Virus record (IMG/VR): IMGVR_UViG_3300022936_000009
Coordinates: 2,148 to 66,147 of that record
Reading direction: 5' to 3' (one strand)
Length of the DNA: 64,000 bases
From: a virus
Lineage: Duplodnaviria; Caudoviricetes
The notes under the pieces are model-generated. The model was not told where the DNA came from. It did no database searches and was given only the letters and a program-made list of their open reading frames with translations. The position numbers and the translations under genes were made by a program. The stretch's first letter is position 1, and every line of letters starts with the position of its first letter. This document shows positions 44,125 through 53,453 of the stretch, piece after piece.

Positions 44125-44498
44125 TGAGCCGCCTTTCGTCTGACACGACGTTTCCGTCGAAAGCAAAGGTGCTCTCGGCGATCGATGCCGCCGAGGTCGC
44201 AAAGAAAGCGCGCGAAGCGGAAGCCGAGCGCGCCCGTCTTCGTCGAGAAGAGGATGACCTCATCGTCTTCATCAAACGACGGATCTCGACCGACATGCGC
44301 GCAGTCATTGACCCTTCATCGAAGGCGGCGACAGACCACGACGCACAGCGCTTCTGCTTCACCAACCGCACCGGCGACCCCGACGACGCCGTTCTTGCGC
44401 CGATTTCTGACCGGGTCGTCGAGGAGGTGCGCGAGCACTTCGCCCCGGGCGGCTGGACCACAGATCGCACCGGTCCTTTCACCCTCGTCGTTCAATAG
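44121..44498 (+). CDS. Hypothetical protein
   Basis: ATGA coupling. Confidence 0.6.
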   Translation: MMSRLSSDTTFPSKAKVLSAIDAAEVAKKAREAEAERARLRREEDDLIVFIKRRISTDMRAVIDPSSKAATDHDAQRFCFTNRTGDPDDAVLAPISDRVVEEVREHFAPGGWTTDRTGPFTLVVQ

Positions 44499-44527
44499 CC
44501 CCCACCGCCAACAACGGACCCCGCACG

Positions 44528-46438
44528 ATGACCTCGACCACCTCGCCCGCTCCTGTTGCCTCTGCCCTCACCATCCTCCGCGGCATCCTCGACGATGTGA
44601 ACGTGCGCCCGTGGCACGACGACGTCAAAGACGCCCTCGCCGAAGTGGAAAACACCGCCCACAAGCTGGAAACCATCCGCGAAGACGTCGAGGAGGCCTT
44701 GGAATACATCGGCCCCGAGGACCTCGACATGATCGACCAGGTCTTGCGCGCGGCCCTCGACAAGACGGCGCCAGAGGTGCCGATGCCGATCCCGCACGAC
44801 GACGACGTCGCCGTGTTCCGCTTCGTCTCCCACATGCGCGACAAGCTCGCGAAGATGCGCGAGCAGGGGCGCGACGGCTGGCAAAACAAAGACGCCATCA
44901 CGACGTCGACGCTGTCGTCGATGCTCCGCCACTGCGTCGAGAAGGGCGACCCCGTCGACGTCGCGAACCTCGCGATGATGCTCCAACAACGAGGCGAGAC
45001 GATCGCCCACGACGCGCCGGTGATGATCTCCACACCGCTCGGCCTGCTGCCGTGCAATTCGACGGGGATGCGCCGCCTCATCGACGTCATGGCCGCGTGC
45101 GGCCGCTTCGTGCGCCTCACGCGCGAGGCCTTCGAGGCCGGCGACGGCTTCAACGTCACCGCGACCCGCACCCTCGCGCGCATCCGCGAGGCCTTCGACG
45201 CGCTGCCCGCCCTCGAAGCGGCGACGATGAAGAACGCCGAAGACGTCGAGCGGGCGGAGACGACGTTGGCCCGACTGCGCGAGGCGATCCGCCTGCAGGC
45301 GCTGCAGACTGCGCTCCCCCGCGAGCTTCTCGACGTCGCCCGGGGCATTCTGGCGGAGCACCCGTTTGCTCCCGAGCGCATCCGCGACCTCGAACAGGTG
45401 TGCCGCAAGCTGCAGGACGAGCGCGACGAGCAGAAGGCGCGCGCCGACCTCATGCAGGAGCAGGCCCAAAACGCGCTCGAAGGCTACAACGTCCGTGACG
45501 ACGAGATGCGCCGCATGCACGAGGCGCTCGTTGCCGCGGGCTTTGTCGCCGACGACGTGAGCACGAGACTGGTCCGCGTGCTCGTGCTGCTCTCCGACTT
45601 CCGCACCGAGCGCAACACCGCTGTCGAGCTCGTCGACGCCTTCAAGGCCGCCGCGCTGCTCGACGTCGGCGGCGACCCGGGCGGTGTGACGCCCGCTCTC
45701 GTCGAGGCGGAGATCACGCGGCTGCGCAAGCTCGTCGAGGATCCGCGCGCCCGCAGGTCGGCCGCGTGGGCGGACCTGCAGAGCACCAACGCCAGGCTCG
45801 TGGAGAAGTTCACCGCCTTGGAGACCTCGCACACCGCCGAGGTTGCCCGCCTTCGTGCGGAGGTGGAGCGCCTGCGCGGCAAGACCGGGAACGGGGTCAA
45901 GCTCGGCGACCGCGTTCGATACGGCGACGATCCGAAGCACGTGGGCACTCTCGAATGCCTTGAGGAGGGCGAGGGCGTCAATCACCCCGCCGGGATCAAG
46001 CTCAAGGGCAACGCGCGCATCCGGCGCGACGCTGACCACCCGATCGCCCTCGACCATCCTTTCTTTTGGTCGCCGCTCGAATCGCTGATCCTCGTCGCCC
46101 CCGGCAGCGGTAACGTCGACGAAGCCGCGTCGCTTCGAGCCGAGGTCAACACCCTGCACGCCGAGCGCGACCGCTTCAACGACACGGTCCGCAAAGCCAT
46201 CGGCGACAAATATGAAGTGCTCACCGGTGAGACGCTCGCCAGGACGATGATCGGCACCATCGAAAGCCTCCGCGAGGCGATCGGCCTCGTCGCCGTCGAG
46301 GTCGGCGACGTCGAGAGGGCTTTGACGCCCGCGTTGGTGGCGAAGCGGGTGCGGGCGCTGCGGCTTGGAGCGCGACCGACCTTCAACGGCGAGGCCTCGA
46401 CCGTCGACGATGCTGCTGCCGAGCCGGTGAAGGCGTGA
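44528..46438 (+). CDS. Multidomain coiled-coil protein with a 'GDPVDVAN' phage domain
   Basis: 'AV.RF..HMRDKLAK.R..GRDGW...L...VEKGDPVDVANLAMML..RG'; long heptad regions. Confidence 0.7.
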   Translation: MTSTTSPAPVASALTILRGILDDVNVRPWHDDVKDALAEVENTAHKLETIREDVEEALEYIGPEDLDMIDQVLRAALDKTAPEVPMPIPHDDDVAVFRFVSHMRDKLAKMREQGRDGWQNKDAITTSTLSSMLRHCVEKGDPVDVANLAMMLQQRGETIAHDAPVMISTPLGLLPCNSTGMRRLIDVMAACGRFVRLTREAFEAGDGFNVTATRTLARIREAFDALPALEAATMKNAEDVERAETTLARLREAIRLQALQTALPRELLDVARGILAEHPFAPERIRDLEQVCRKLQDERDEQKARADLMQEQAQNALEGYNVRDDEMRRMHEALVAAGFVADDVSTRLVRVLVLLSDFRTERNTAVELVDAFKAAALLDVGGDPGGVTPALVEAEITRLRKLVEDPRARRSAAWADLQSTNARLVEKFTALETSHTAEVARLRAEVERLRGKTGNGVKLGDRVRYGDDPKHVGTLECLEEGEGVNHPAGIKLKGNARIRRDADHPIALDHPFFWSPLESLILVAPGSGNVDEAASLRAEVNTLHAERDRFNDTVRKAIGDKYEVLTGETLARTMIGTIESLREAIGLVAVEVGDVERALTPALVAKRVRALRLGARPTFNGEASTVDDAAAEPVKA

Positions 46439-46716
46439 AGCTCGACGAGCTCGCGCCCGAGGGCCTGCCGCAATTCGCGCGTTCGTGCCCTCGGTGCGCG
46501 GCTCGTCGCGGCATGCGCTGCGTCGTCGTCCAGGGCGGCGCCGTGCGCGTCCTCGTCGGCGTCCACATGGCCCGCATCAACGAGGGTTTCAAGCATCTGC
46601 ACGCGGTCGACCGCCGGCAGATCGACATGTTCCGCGAGGTGAGCAACGGGCGCCGACGGCCGCGCCGCGTGGTCGTCGACGACGACGGCCGCGTCAACAT
46701 CGTGCAACCAGAGTGA
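46435..46716 (+). CDS. Small zinc-finger protein
   Basis: 'CPRCAARRGMRC...H..R'. Confidence 0.6.
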   Translation: MKLDELAPEGLPQFARSCPRCAARRGMRCVVVQGGAVRVLVGVHMARINEGFKHLHAVDRRQIDMFREVSNGRRRPRRVVVDDDGRVNIVQPE

Positions 46717-46847
46717 GCGGCGACGTCGTCGTCGTTCGCTGGACCGTTCCCCGCGCCGAGCTCGACGCCTATCTGCAGGCCGTCGAGCGGTCTGGCCGCC
46801 CGGGTGATGTGGCCGTGATTGCCGAGCTTCTGCGCGCAGCAGAATGA
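46713..46847 (+). CDS. Small hypothetical protein
   Basis: GTGA coupling, 44 aa. Confidence 0.4.
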   Translation: MSGDVVVVRWTVPRAELDAYLQAVERSGRPGDVAVIAELLRAAE

Positions 46848-46885
46848 GCCGAAGCACAAAACGAGACGCCTCCGCATGTGCTCGC

Positions 46886-46914
46886 TTGCGCGGCGTGCAA
46901 CGTTCGGCTACGGT
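46886..46914 (+). promoter_or_regulatory. Repeat-associated promoter, divergent copy G
   Basis: TTGCGC-N17-TACGGT with GCAACGTTCGGC; leader ACGACACAGCAAGGA resembles the copy A leader. Confidence 0.6.
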
Positions 46915-46947
46915 ACGGCTACGACACAGCAAGGAACGGGGCCCACG

Positions 46948-47232
46948 ATGAAAGACAGCATCCGCACCATCTTTTTTGACACCCTCCTCGTGGTCGCCTT
47001 CGTGGCGGCCTCGGCGCTCAACGCCGGCTGCGGTGAGGTCCACGACCCGATCGAGGTCCCGCCCGACACCATCGAAGAGCCTGGCGAAGGCGAGGGAGAA
47101 GGCGAGGGCGAGGCGAGCGGCGGCAACTGGCACAAGGACCGCGAGAAGATGGCCGGCGAGGGCGTGGATGCCCCGCCCTGCATCGATGACCGCTGCCCCT
47201 GCCCTCTCGACACCCCCGACTGTTGGGCCTGA
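46948..47232 (+). CDS. Lipoprotein with (GE)n linker and Cys-rich tip
   Basis: Signal peptide with lipobox-like 'LNAGC'; EGEGEGEGE; C-terminal CxxxxCxCxxxxxxC. Confidence 0.7.
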   Translation: MKDSIRTIFFDTLLVVAFVAASALNAGCGEVHDPIEVPPDTIEEPGEGEGEGEGEASGGNWHKDREKMAGEGVDAPPCIDDRCPCPLDTPDCWA

Positions 47233-47234
47233 AC

Positions 47235-47813
47235 GTGAGCACCTCTCAAGGCCTCACGCCCGCCCACCGGCGCCGCTTCTTCGTCGACTTCGTCGAGGTC
47301 CCGGTGATGGTCGTCATCATGTCGTACCGCCACGTCGACGACCTCACCGGTCGCGTCTACACCGAGGCCGAGATGATGGCCGACCTCGAAGAGGGGGGCG
47401 ACCTCGAATGGCAGGCGCCGCCGCTGCCGCTCATCAAGGTCCGCCGACGCCTCGGCCCCGACGGCGACGTCTTCGCCGGCCACCCTGGACGCATCACCGT
47501 TCAAGATGACCTGCTCGACCCCGGCGTCGTCGACGAAGAATGGACGGACCGGTTTCGTGTCGAGGGCGAAAACGGCGGCGTCGAGGAGCGCAACACCGAG
47601 GTCGAGGCGCTCGAAGAGGGCTACTACCGCCTCGCCGGCTTCCGCCCCCGGCCCGACGAGGAGCGCCCGCGCGAGGCAACCCCGCTCGGCCCGACGTGGA
47701 CGCCCTGCCCGAGCTGCCAGCGCCCGCAGTGTTGGCTCGGCCGCGGCCCCTTCAACATGAAGCGCGACGGGGTTTTCCCCGCGCTCTACATCCCGAAAGA
47801 GAGCACGACATGA
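47235..47813 (+). CDS. Hypothetical acidic protein with C-terminal CxxC
   Basis: GTG start; phage-typical codon usage. Confidence 0.6.
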   Translation: MSTSQGLTPAHRRRFFVDFVEVPVMVVIMSYRHVDDLTGRVYTEAEMMADLEEGGDLEWQAPPLPLIKVRRRLGPDGDVFAGHPGRITVQDDLLDPGVVDEEWTDRFRVEGENGGVEERNTEVEALEEGYYRLAGFRPRPDEERPREATPLGPTWTPCPSCQRPQCWLGRGPFNMKRDGVFPALYIPKESTT

Positions 47814-48652
47814 GCGAGATGGAGATGGCTTGGCGGCGCGGCATGGGCCTTCACGAAGGCGGCGAGGCCGCGATGATGCGGGATCCGCGCTGCGTCTTCG
47901 CGTGGGCGATCCGTGAGGCGGCCGGGGACCTCGAAAGAGCCGCGCACTTTGTTCGCCATCTGCCGCAGCACCTGCGCCGGTCGCGATGGGTCCCCGAGGA
48001 CTTCGACCCGCTCGCCAATGAGTACCGTGACGTCGTCACCTTCCTCGCTCACTACGACGAGCTCGTGGCCAGCGCCCGCCTCATCGCCGACGGCCTCGAC
48101 AACAACCGCGCGAGCATCCTGCGCCTGCGCGCGGCACAGAAAACGTCGTGGAAGTCGGACCGTCGCGGCAGCACCGAGGCCCGCAAGACGGCCGACGCCC
48201 TCGTCGAGCGCGTCAAGGTGCAGGAGGTTTCGGCCGCCGTCGTCGCCGCTTCCGACCGTGCCAAGGCCTTTCTGCACGGTGACATGATCGCCGACGGCCA
48301 CATCATGGCCCTGCGGGCGTTGGCGTTGCAGGTGTGGGGCATGGCCCACCGCGCGCACATCGTCGTGCCCGGTGGCGTGGGCGGGCAGTGGACCCAGGAC
48401 TACCCGGCGCGCCGCTACCCCCGAATCCGTGATCACGTCGTCGTCTCGCTCGAAGCGGTCCCCGCAGACCCTCGCCGGGTCAACGTCATCCTGACGGGGC
48501 CCGGTGCTCGACATGCCGACGGCCTCGACGGCGGTGAGATCGTGGCCCTCGGGCACGCCATCGCCAGCGTCACCGGCGCGTGCTCGGCCCTGCAAGGCGT
48601 CACGAAAATGGTCGCATTTGGTGATCTGCTCGGTCACGTGGTGATGCTTTGA
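47810..48652 (+). CDS. Hypothetical protein
   Basis: GAGAG RBS, ATGA coupling. Confidence 0.6.
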   Translation: MSEMEMAWRRGMGLHEGGEAAMMRDPRCVFAWAIREAAGDLERAAHFVRHLPQHLRRSRWVPEDFDPLANEYRDVVTFLAHYDELVASARLIADGLDNNRASILRLRAAQKTSWKSDRRGSTEARKTADALVERVKVQEVSAAVVAASDRAKAFLHGDMIADGHIMALRALALQVWGMAHRAHIVVPGGVGGQWTQDYPARRYPRIRDHVVVSLEAVPADPRRVNVILTGPGARHADGLDGGEIVALGHAIASVTGACSALQGVTKMVAFGDLLGHVVML

Positions 48653-49203
48653 CGACGACAACGCCCGAAAACATCCGCGCAAGCGTCATCGACCTCGCGC
48701 GAACAATGTTCGCGGACCTCACCCGGGGTTTCGGTGAGACCGACGGCACGTGCTTCTATTGGGCCCTGGCGGCGCAGCTCGCGCTCACCAAGCACGGCAT
48801 CCGCGCCGAGCCTCGTGCCGGGTCGGCCTCGTGGCGGCGCGCGGCCGACGACGTCGACGACGGCATGCCGCCGCATCTCTTCTACGAATGGGACGACGAC
48901 GCCACCGACGACGACATCGAGGAGCAGCTTACGGCCGGGTGCCTGCCCGAGATCCACATCTGGACCGTCGTGGTCGACACCGACGAGATCGTCGACCTCT
49001 CCACGCCCTTCCTGCCTGCCGTCGTCGCCGCCGTCGGTGGCGGCGCCGTCTGGACAATGCCGACGCCTGGCATCTTGTGGGCGGTGGACCCGCGCGAGGT
49101 CCTCGAATGCGGCTACACGTCGACGCAGCGAGCAACGAAGCTCGCGGCCCGGCTGATGTCGGAGCACCTGCAGGCGGTGGCCGCCATGCGTTCGCGACGA
49201 TGA
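48649..49203 (+). CDS. Hypothetical protein
   Basis: TTG start coupled to the upstream stop; 'EIHIWTV...EIVDLS'. Confidence 0.6.
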   Translation: MTTTTPENIRASVIDLARTMFADLTRGFGETDGTCFYWALAAQLALTKHGIRAEPRAGSASWRRAADDVDDGMPPHLFYEWDDDATDDDIEEQLTAGCLPEIHIWTVVVDTDEIVDLSTPFLPAVVAAVGGGAVWTMPTPGILWAVDPREVLECGYTSTQRATKLAARLMSEHLQAVAAMRSRR

Positions 49204-49628
49204 CCTTGCTGCAGCGCGATCGGCGGCGGATGATGTCGACCATGAGCCACGACAACGACAACCACGAAGGCGCCGAGGTCATCCCGCTTTTTCACCGCGA
49301 GGCGCCTGTTGTCGTCGTCGCCGTGCCGACGCGGCAACGCATCTGCGACCACATGGCGATCGCCGTCGACGACAACGAGCAGATCGTGACGTGCCGCGCG
49401 TGCGGCGCGCGCCTCGACCCGTTCGTGTGGATCAAGGGCCTCGGCCAGCATTGGGAGCGCTACACGCGGCGGACGTCGTCGGCGCTGCGCGAGGTCGACG
49501 AGGCCGAGCAGCGCGTTGCCGAGCTCAAGGCCGAAGAGCGCCGCCTGCGCGGCCGCATCGATCGACTGCGGGGCAAGGCGCCCACCGACGTCGACGCCAA
49601 CACGGGCGCCGTGAAGCGAGAAGCATGA
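49200..49628 (+). CDS. Zinc-ribbon plus coiled-coil protein
   Basis: 'C.H...VD.....VTC..CGA.LDPF.W' followed by a coiled coil. Confidence 0.65.
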   Translation: MTLLQRDRRRMMSTMSHDNDNHEGAEVIPLFHREAPVVVVAVPTRQRICDHMAIAVDDNEQIVTCRACGARLDPFVWIKGLGQHWERYTRRTSSALREVDEAEQRVAELKAEERRLRGRIDRLRGKAPTDVDANTGAVKREA

Positions 49629-49960
49629 AGATCCAGAAACCCGCCCCCGGTGACAAAATCCTCGTCACGCTGCGCACGACCTACGGCAAGACCGTCGAGC
49701 GCGGCGCCATCGTGACCAACGTCTTCGACAACGGCCGCGTCAACGCCTCTGTCTTCCTCGACGGCCGCAACGACAACGGCGTGCTCGTCGAGCGCGACGG
49801 CGCGCGCGGTGGCGTCGTGTGGAGCGCTGCACACAACCTTTTCGGCGAGCTCCCCTCGCCGCCCGTTGAAGTCGTCGGCACCGCGCCGCAGCCGGTGCAG
49901 GCGTCCTGGCGGTGGCCGCCGCCCGCCGACGTCATCGAAGAGATCGAAGTCGAAGCCTGA
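49625..49960 (+). CDS. Small SH3-like beta protein
   Basis: 'PAPGDKILV...AIVT.V...VN..VFLDG'. Confidence 0.6.
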   Translation: MKIQKPAPGDKILVTLRTTYGKTVERGAIVTNVFDNGRVNASVFLDGRNDNGVLVERDGARGGVVWSAAHNLFGELPSPPVEVVGTAPQPVQASWRWPPPADVIEEIEVEA

Positions 49961-50029
49961 CCACGCCCACCCGAGCGCATCGGGTCCAGCCACAACGCGG
50001 AGACGGCCCGCACAGCGAACGAGCACGAG

Positions 50030-50485
50030 ATGAGCACGAACCTCCCCACCGTCGACGAATGCAAAGCGAGCATCGAAAACACGGTGCGAACCGCCTTCGC
50101 CGACCACGGCAGCGCCGAAGACCCCGGCGCCGCCAACATCCCGCAGGCCATCCAGTGGAAGCGCAACAGCGCGGGTGTCGTCGAAGAGACGTTGCTTGCG
50201 CTTGCGCTTTCGGTTCCCGCCGCGTTGGCCACCGTCAAGCGAGGCGACCCCGAGATCGTCGCCATTGCCATCGAAGCGTGGGGCGAGGGCAAGGACGACG
50301 ACATCGTGGCGATCACCATCGACCACCCCGAGGGCATCCACGTCGGCCGCGCCAGCGTGCACAAAGACGGCGAGCGGATCCGTGACTTCGAGTGGACTAC
50401 GACGATCACGCCCCCCGATGGCCGGAAGTTCTTCCGCTTCCCGGTCTTTTCCATGACCGGGGCGCTCCTCACGCGCGCGGCCTGA
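50030..50485 (+). CDS. Hypothetical protein
   Basis: 151 aa. Confidence 0.65.
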   Translation: MSTNLPTVDECKASIENTVRTAFADHGSAEDPGAANIPQAIQWKRNSAGVVEETLLALALSVPAALATVKRGDPEIVAIAIEAWGEGKDDDIVAITIDHPEGIHVGRASVHKDGERIRDFEWTTTITPPDGRKFFRFPVFSMTGALLTRAA

Positions 50486-50562
50486 TCCCCACCCGCCCCG
50501 GTGACGATCGGGGCCCACGCCTCACGACGGAGATCGGCGCCGTCCCAAGCACGAGCACGACC

Positions 50563-51216
50563 ATGTCAGAAACCCCGTTCACCGCCGCGGCCGCCCGCGT
50601 CGTCGCCGACTCCCTGCCGCCCCCCGACGGGTTTGCTACCTGCAAAGGGTGCCTCGAACGTGTCGAGATGAACGACGACACGCCCCACGTTTGCAAGAGC
50701 GGTCCGAACGCGCCGAAGCCGTTTGTCAGCTTCAACGAGCCGCCCCGGCGCGCGTCGCGGTGGCTCCGGTTGGAGGTCACGAGCAACAGCGGAAAACAGC
50801 TCTTCTGCTGCACCATCTGCGGGCGCACGTCGCCGACGCCGGATCGCCTTTGCCCTTCGGTGAACGAAGCGAAGAGCAACCGCTGCTACCGCAACGAGCA
50901 CGCGACGACGACGCTCGAAGGCCTCGACGACGCGCAGACCGAGCTCGTCAACCTGCGCTTCCACCTCTTGCGCTTCGTCGCGATGGTCCTGCCGCGCGAA
51001 AACCGTCGGGGTTTTTGGGATCGCGAGAACATCGCCAACGTCAAAGAGGACTGGATCACGTCTGATCTGGACATCGTGAAAGCCGAGGTGCGGCGTTTGC
51101 GCGCGTTTCGCGACGAGGTCGACGGCATCGCCTCGCTCGCCGCGTCCGGCCTGTCGGGCCACGAGGTTCATCGGGCCCTACAGCACGCGATCATGGACGC
51201 GCGAGGGGGTCGCTGA
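50563..51216 (+). CDS. Hypothetical protein with two zinc-ribbon motifs
   Basis: 'CKGC...H.C', 'CCTIC...C'. Confidence 0.6.
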   Translation: MSETPFTAAAARVVADSLPPPDGFATCKGCLERVEMNDDTPHVCKSGPNAPKPFVSFNEPPRRASRWLRLEVTSNSGKQLFCCTICGRTSPTPDRLCPSVNEAKSNRCYRNEHATTTLEGLDDAQTELVNLRFHLLRFVAMVLPRENRRGFWDRENIANVKEDWITSDLDIVKAEVRRLRAFRDEVDGIASLAASGLSGHEVHRALQHAIMDARGGR

Positions 51217-51833
51217 TGGCGCCGGGTCGTGTCCGTCTCGTCGAGAAGCTCGTTGAAAGCGGTGAATGGGAACCGGTGGCGTGGGAGGCTGTCGAGCTCG
51301 ACGACGTCATTCGCGTCCGCGAGTCCGGCGGCGCGCTGCTCGCCCCCGAGCGCCTCGACGGGGGTATGCAGGTCGTCGTCGGCGTCCCCGATGACGCTGG
51401 CGTGCTCATGGTCGAGCGCTTCAAGCTGCCGAGGCACCGAGAGAACCGTGAGCGCCCGAAAGGCGGCGAGGTCCTGCACCGGGCAGAGCCGCCGCTTTTC
51501 TACATCCAGGACAACCGCACGATGTGCGGCAACGCCGTTTTCTGGTGGATGCCGAACGGCAACGGTTACACGACGCACATCGACCGCGCGGGGAAATACC
51601 CGATCGAATATGTGCGCGGCCTGCGCGACACCGACGTGCCCTATGCCGTCGAGGAGGTCGACGCCATCCGCTCGCAGCACGTCGACATGCAGCACCTGCG
51701 CAATCTCAAGCCGTGCTCGCAACACCGCGACCCTGACGGGCCCCTGCTCGCCAACCGCGCCGAAGGCCCCGTCTGGCCCGACCGGTGGCAGCTTGTGCCC
51801 GTGCCTCCGCCGAAGAAGCCGCGGCGCCGATGA
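51216..51833 (+). CDS. Hypothetical phage protein
   Basis: 'FYIQDNR..CGNAVFWW..NG.GYTT.ID.AG.Y'. Confidence 0.65.
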   Translation: MAPGRVRLVEKLVESGEWEPVAWEAVELDDVIRVRESGGALLAPERLDGGMQVVVGVPDDAGVLMVERFKLPRHRENRERPKGGEVLHRAEPPLFYIQDNRTMCGNAVFWWMPNGNGYTTHIDRAGKYPIEYVRGLRDTDVPYAVEEVDAIRSQHVDMQHLRNLKPCSQHRDPDGPLLANRAEGPVWPDRWQLVPVPPPKKPRRR

Positions 51834-52366
51834 AGCGCAGCGAGATGAAGAGAGGTGCCCCCATGAAACGGGGCACCTCGGAAATGAAGCGGACCGAGAT
51901 GAAGCGCGGCGCGTCGACGCTCGGCCGGACGGAGATGAAGCGCGGGACGACGCGCATCAAACCCCGCTCGACGAAGCAGGACGCCGCCTACGCTGGCACA
52001 GACGAGGTCGAGGGCCGCCGGGCCTACGTCGCGCGCAAGCTCGAAGAGGCGCCGGTCTGTGAGGCGCAGAGGGTGTGGGCGACCCTGCACGACAGCGGCG
52101 CCACGGTGGTGCTTTCACGCGCGCAGGTGGAGCAGCGGGCCTTCGCCTGCGACTACTACGCCGTCGACGTCCATGAGCTTCTTGCCCGCTCCGCCGGCGG
52201 CGGCATCGTCGACGAGGCGAACACGACGAACCTCTGCCGCGCTTGCCACGACTGGATCGGCCGCAAGCCGCTCCAAGCCCTCGCCCTCGGCCTGCGGCAG
52301 TCCCGCTATGCTGGCCGAAACCCTGCAGATACGATCCTCAAACCTGCCCACGGAGATGACCAATGA
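51830..52366 (+). CDS. HNH endonuclease-like protein with MKR repeats
   Basis: 'CE...C....VDVHE...RS.GG....AN...LCRACHDWI'. Confidence 0.8.
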   Translation: MKRSEMKRGAPMKRGTSEMKRTEMKRGASTLGRTEMKRGTTRIKPRSTKQDAAYAGTDEVEGRRAYVARKLEEAPVCEAQRVWATLHDSGATVVLSRAQVEQRAFACDYYAVDVHELLARSAGGGIVDEANTTNLCRACHDWIGRKPLQALALGLRQSRYAGRNPADTILKPAHGDDQ

Positions 52367-53151
52367 AACTGTTTTCCCCTCGCAACGCTTCCCTCGGCCC
52401 CACCGGCAAAGGCCGCCTGCAGTTCGATGGTCGCGACGCCGTCGAGGTGCAGCAGATGCTCGAAGCGCGCGAGCGCAACGGCGGTGATCCCGTGATCATC
52501 GCCCTCGACGAGCCGGCCGGCGCGCTCTTCAAGCTCCTGCACGAGGACGGCATCCAGGTGGTTGCCGACAACCTCTACGTCAACGCCGAGGCCGCCGGCA
52601 CCATCCCGGGCGCGTACCTCAAGCCCGCGCCCCACGGTGAGCGCCGCGAGACGGTGGAGCTCACCCGTGAGGAGGAGGAATTCATCAAGCACGGCAAGGC
52701 GGACCTCATCGCCATCACCCGCGCGCAGGTCGGCCGCACCCCCGGCGACGACGAGGAGCACGCCGAGGCCGTCACCGCCCTCACCGCTGGCCCCGTGCCC
52801 GACATCCTCGTCGGCACGAGCAACGACGCCGAAGCGATCGCGCTTGCCTCGGGCGAAGGCGTGAGCACGGCGCCGTCGTTGTCGACGACGTCGGTGCCGA
52901 CCCCGGTGCAAATGCCCGTCGCGATGCCGAAGGATCCGCCCGTGCAGCCCCTCGTCGGCGGCGCCGCCGCGACCGAGCGCGCGCGCGTGCGCATCTCGAA
53001 GAAGACCGACCCCGCGAAGACGACCGAGCCGGCCCCGCAGGGCAGCCCGCTCGCCGACGCGGCCACCACCGACGCCGACGGTGATGCCGACGACGACACC
53101 TTGCGCAACACCGACGGCGCCGACATCGGCACGCCGAAGGTCTCGCGCTGA
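52363..53151 (+). CDS. Hypothetical acidic/Pro-rich protein
   Basis: GGAGA RBS, coupled. Confidence 0.65.
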   Translation: MKLFSPRNASLGPTGKGRLQFDGRDAVEVQQMLEARERNGGDPVIIALDEPAGALFKLLHEDGIQVVADNLYVNAEAAGTIPGAYLKPAPHGERRETVELTREEEEFIKHGKADLIAITRAQVGRTPGDDEEHAEAVTALTAGPVPDILVGTSNDAEAIALASGEGVSTAPSLSTTSVPTPVQMPVAMPKDPPVQPLVGGAAATERARVRISKKTDPAKTTEPAPQGSPLADAATTDADGDADDDTLRNTDGADIGTPKVSR

Positions 53152-53453
53152 TGCCGGGGGCGGTGACGATGCGGAATCAAGTGCGCGTCGTGAAAGACGC
53201 ACACATGCTGATCCTCCCCTGCGCCCTCTGCGGGGTCCCCCTCGCGCAGTTCGCTGTCGAGGATGCGCCTGGCGCCCGTACCGGCACCGCCCGCCGTCTC
53301 TTTCGCGCCACCACCCTGCCCGATGGCAGGGTGTACGTCCCGACGAAGCACGCTCACCCGGGCGAATGCCCGGACCCGCCTTCCACCACGGAAAAATTCT
53401 GGCAGGATGACGAGGCGCGCGAAGCATGGAAGCGCCAACGTCGAGGCCTCTGA
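53151..53453 (+). CDS. Small zinc-ribbon protein
   Basis: 'PCALCG...H.H...C'. Confidence 0.5.
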   Translation: MPGAVTMRNQVRVVKDAHMLILPCALCGVPLAQFAVEDAPGARTGTARRLFRATTLPDGRVYVPTKHAHPGECPDPPSTTEKFWQDDEAREAWKRQRRGL

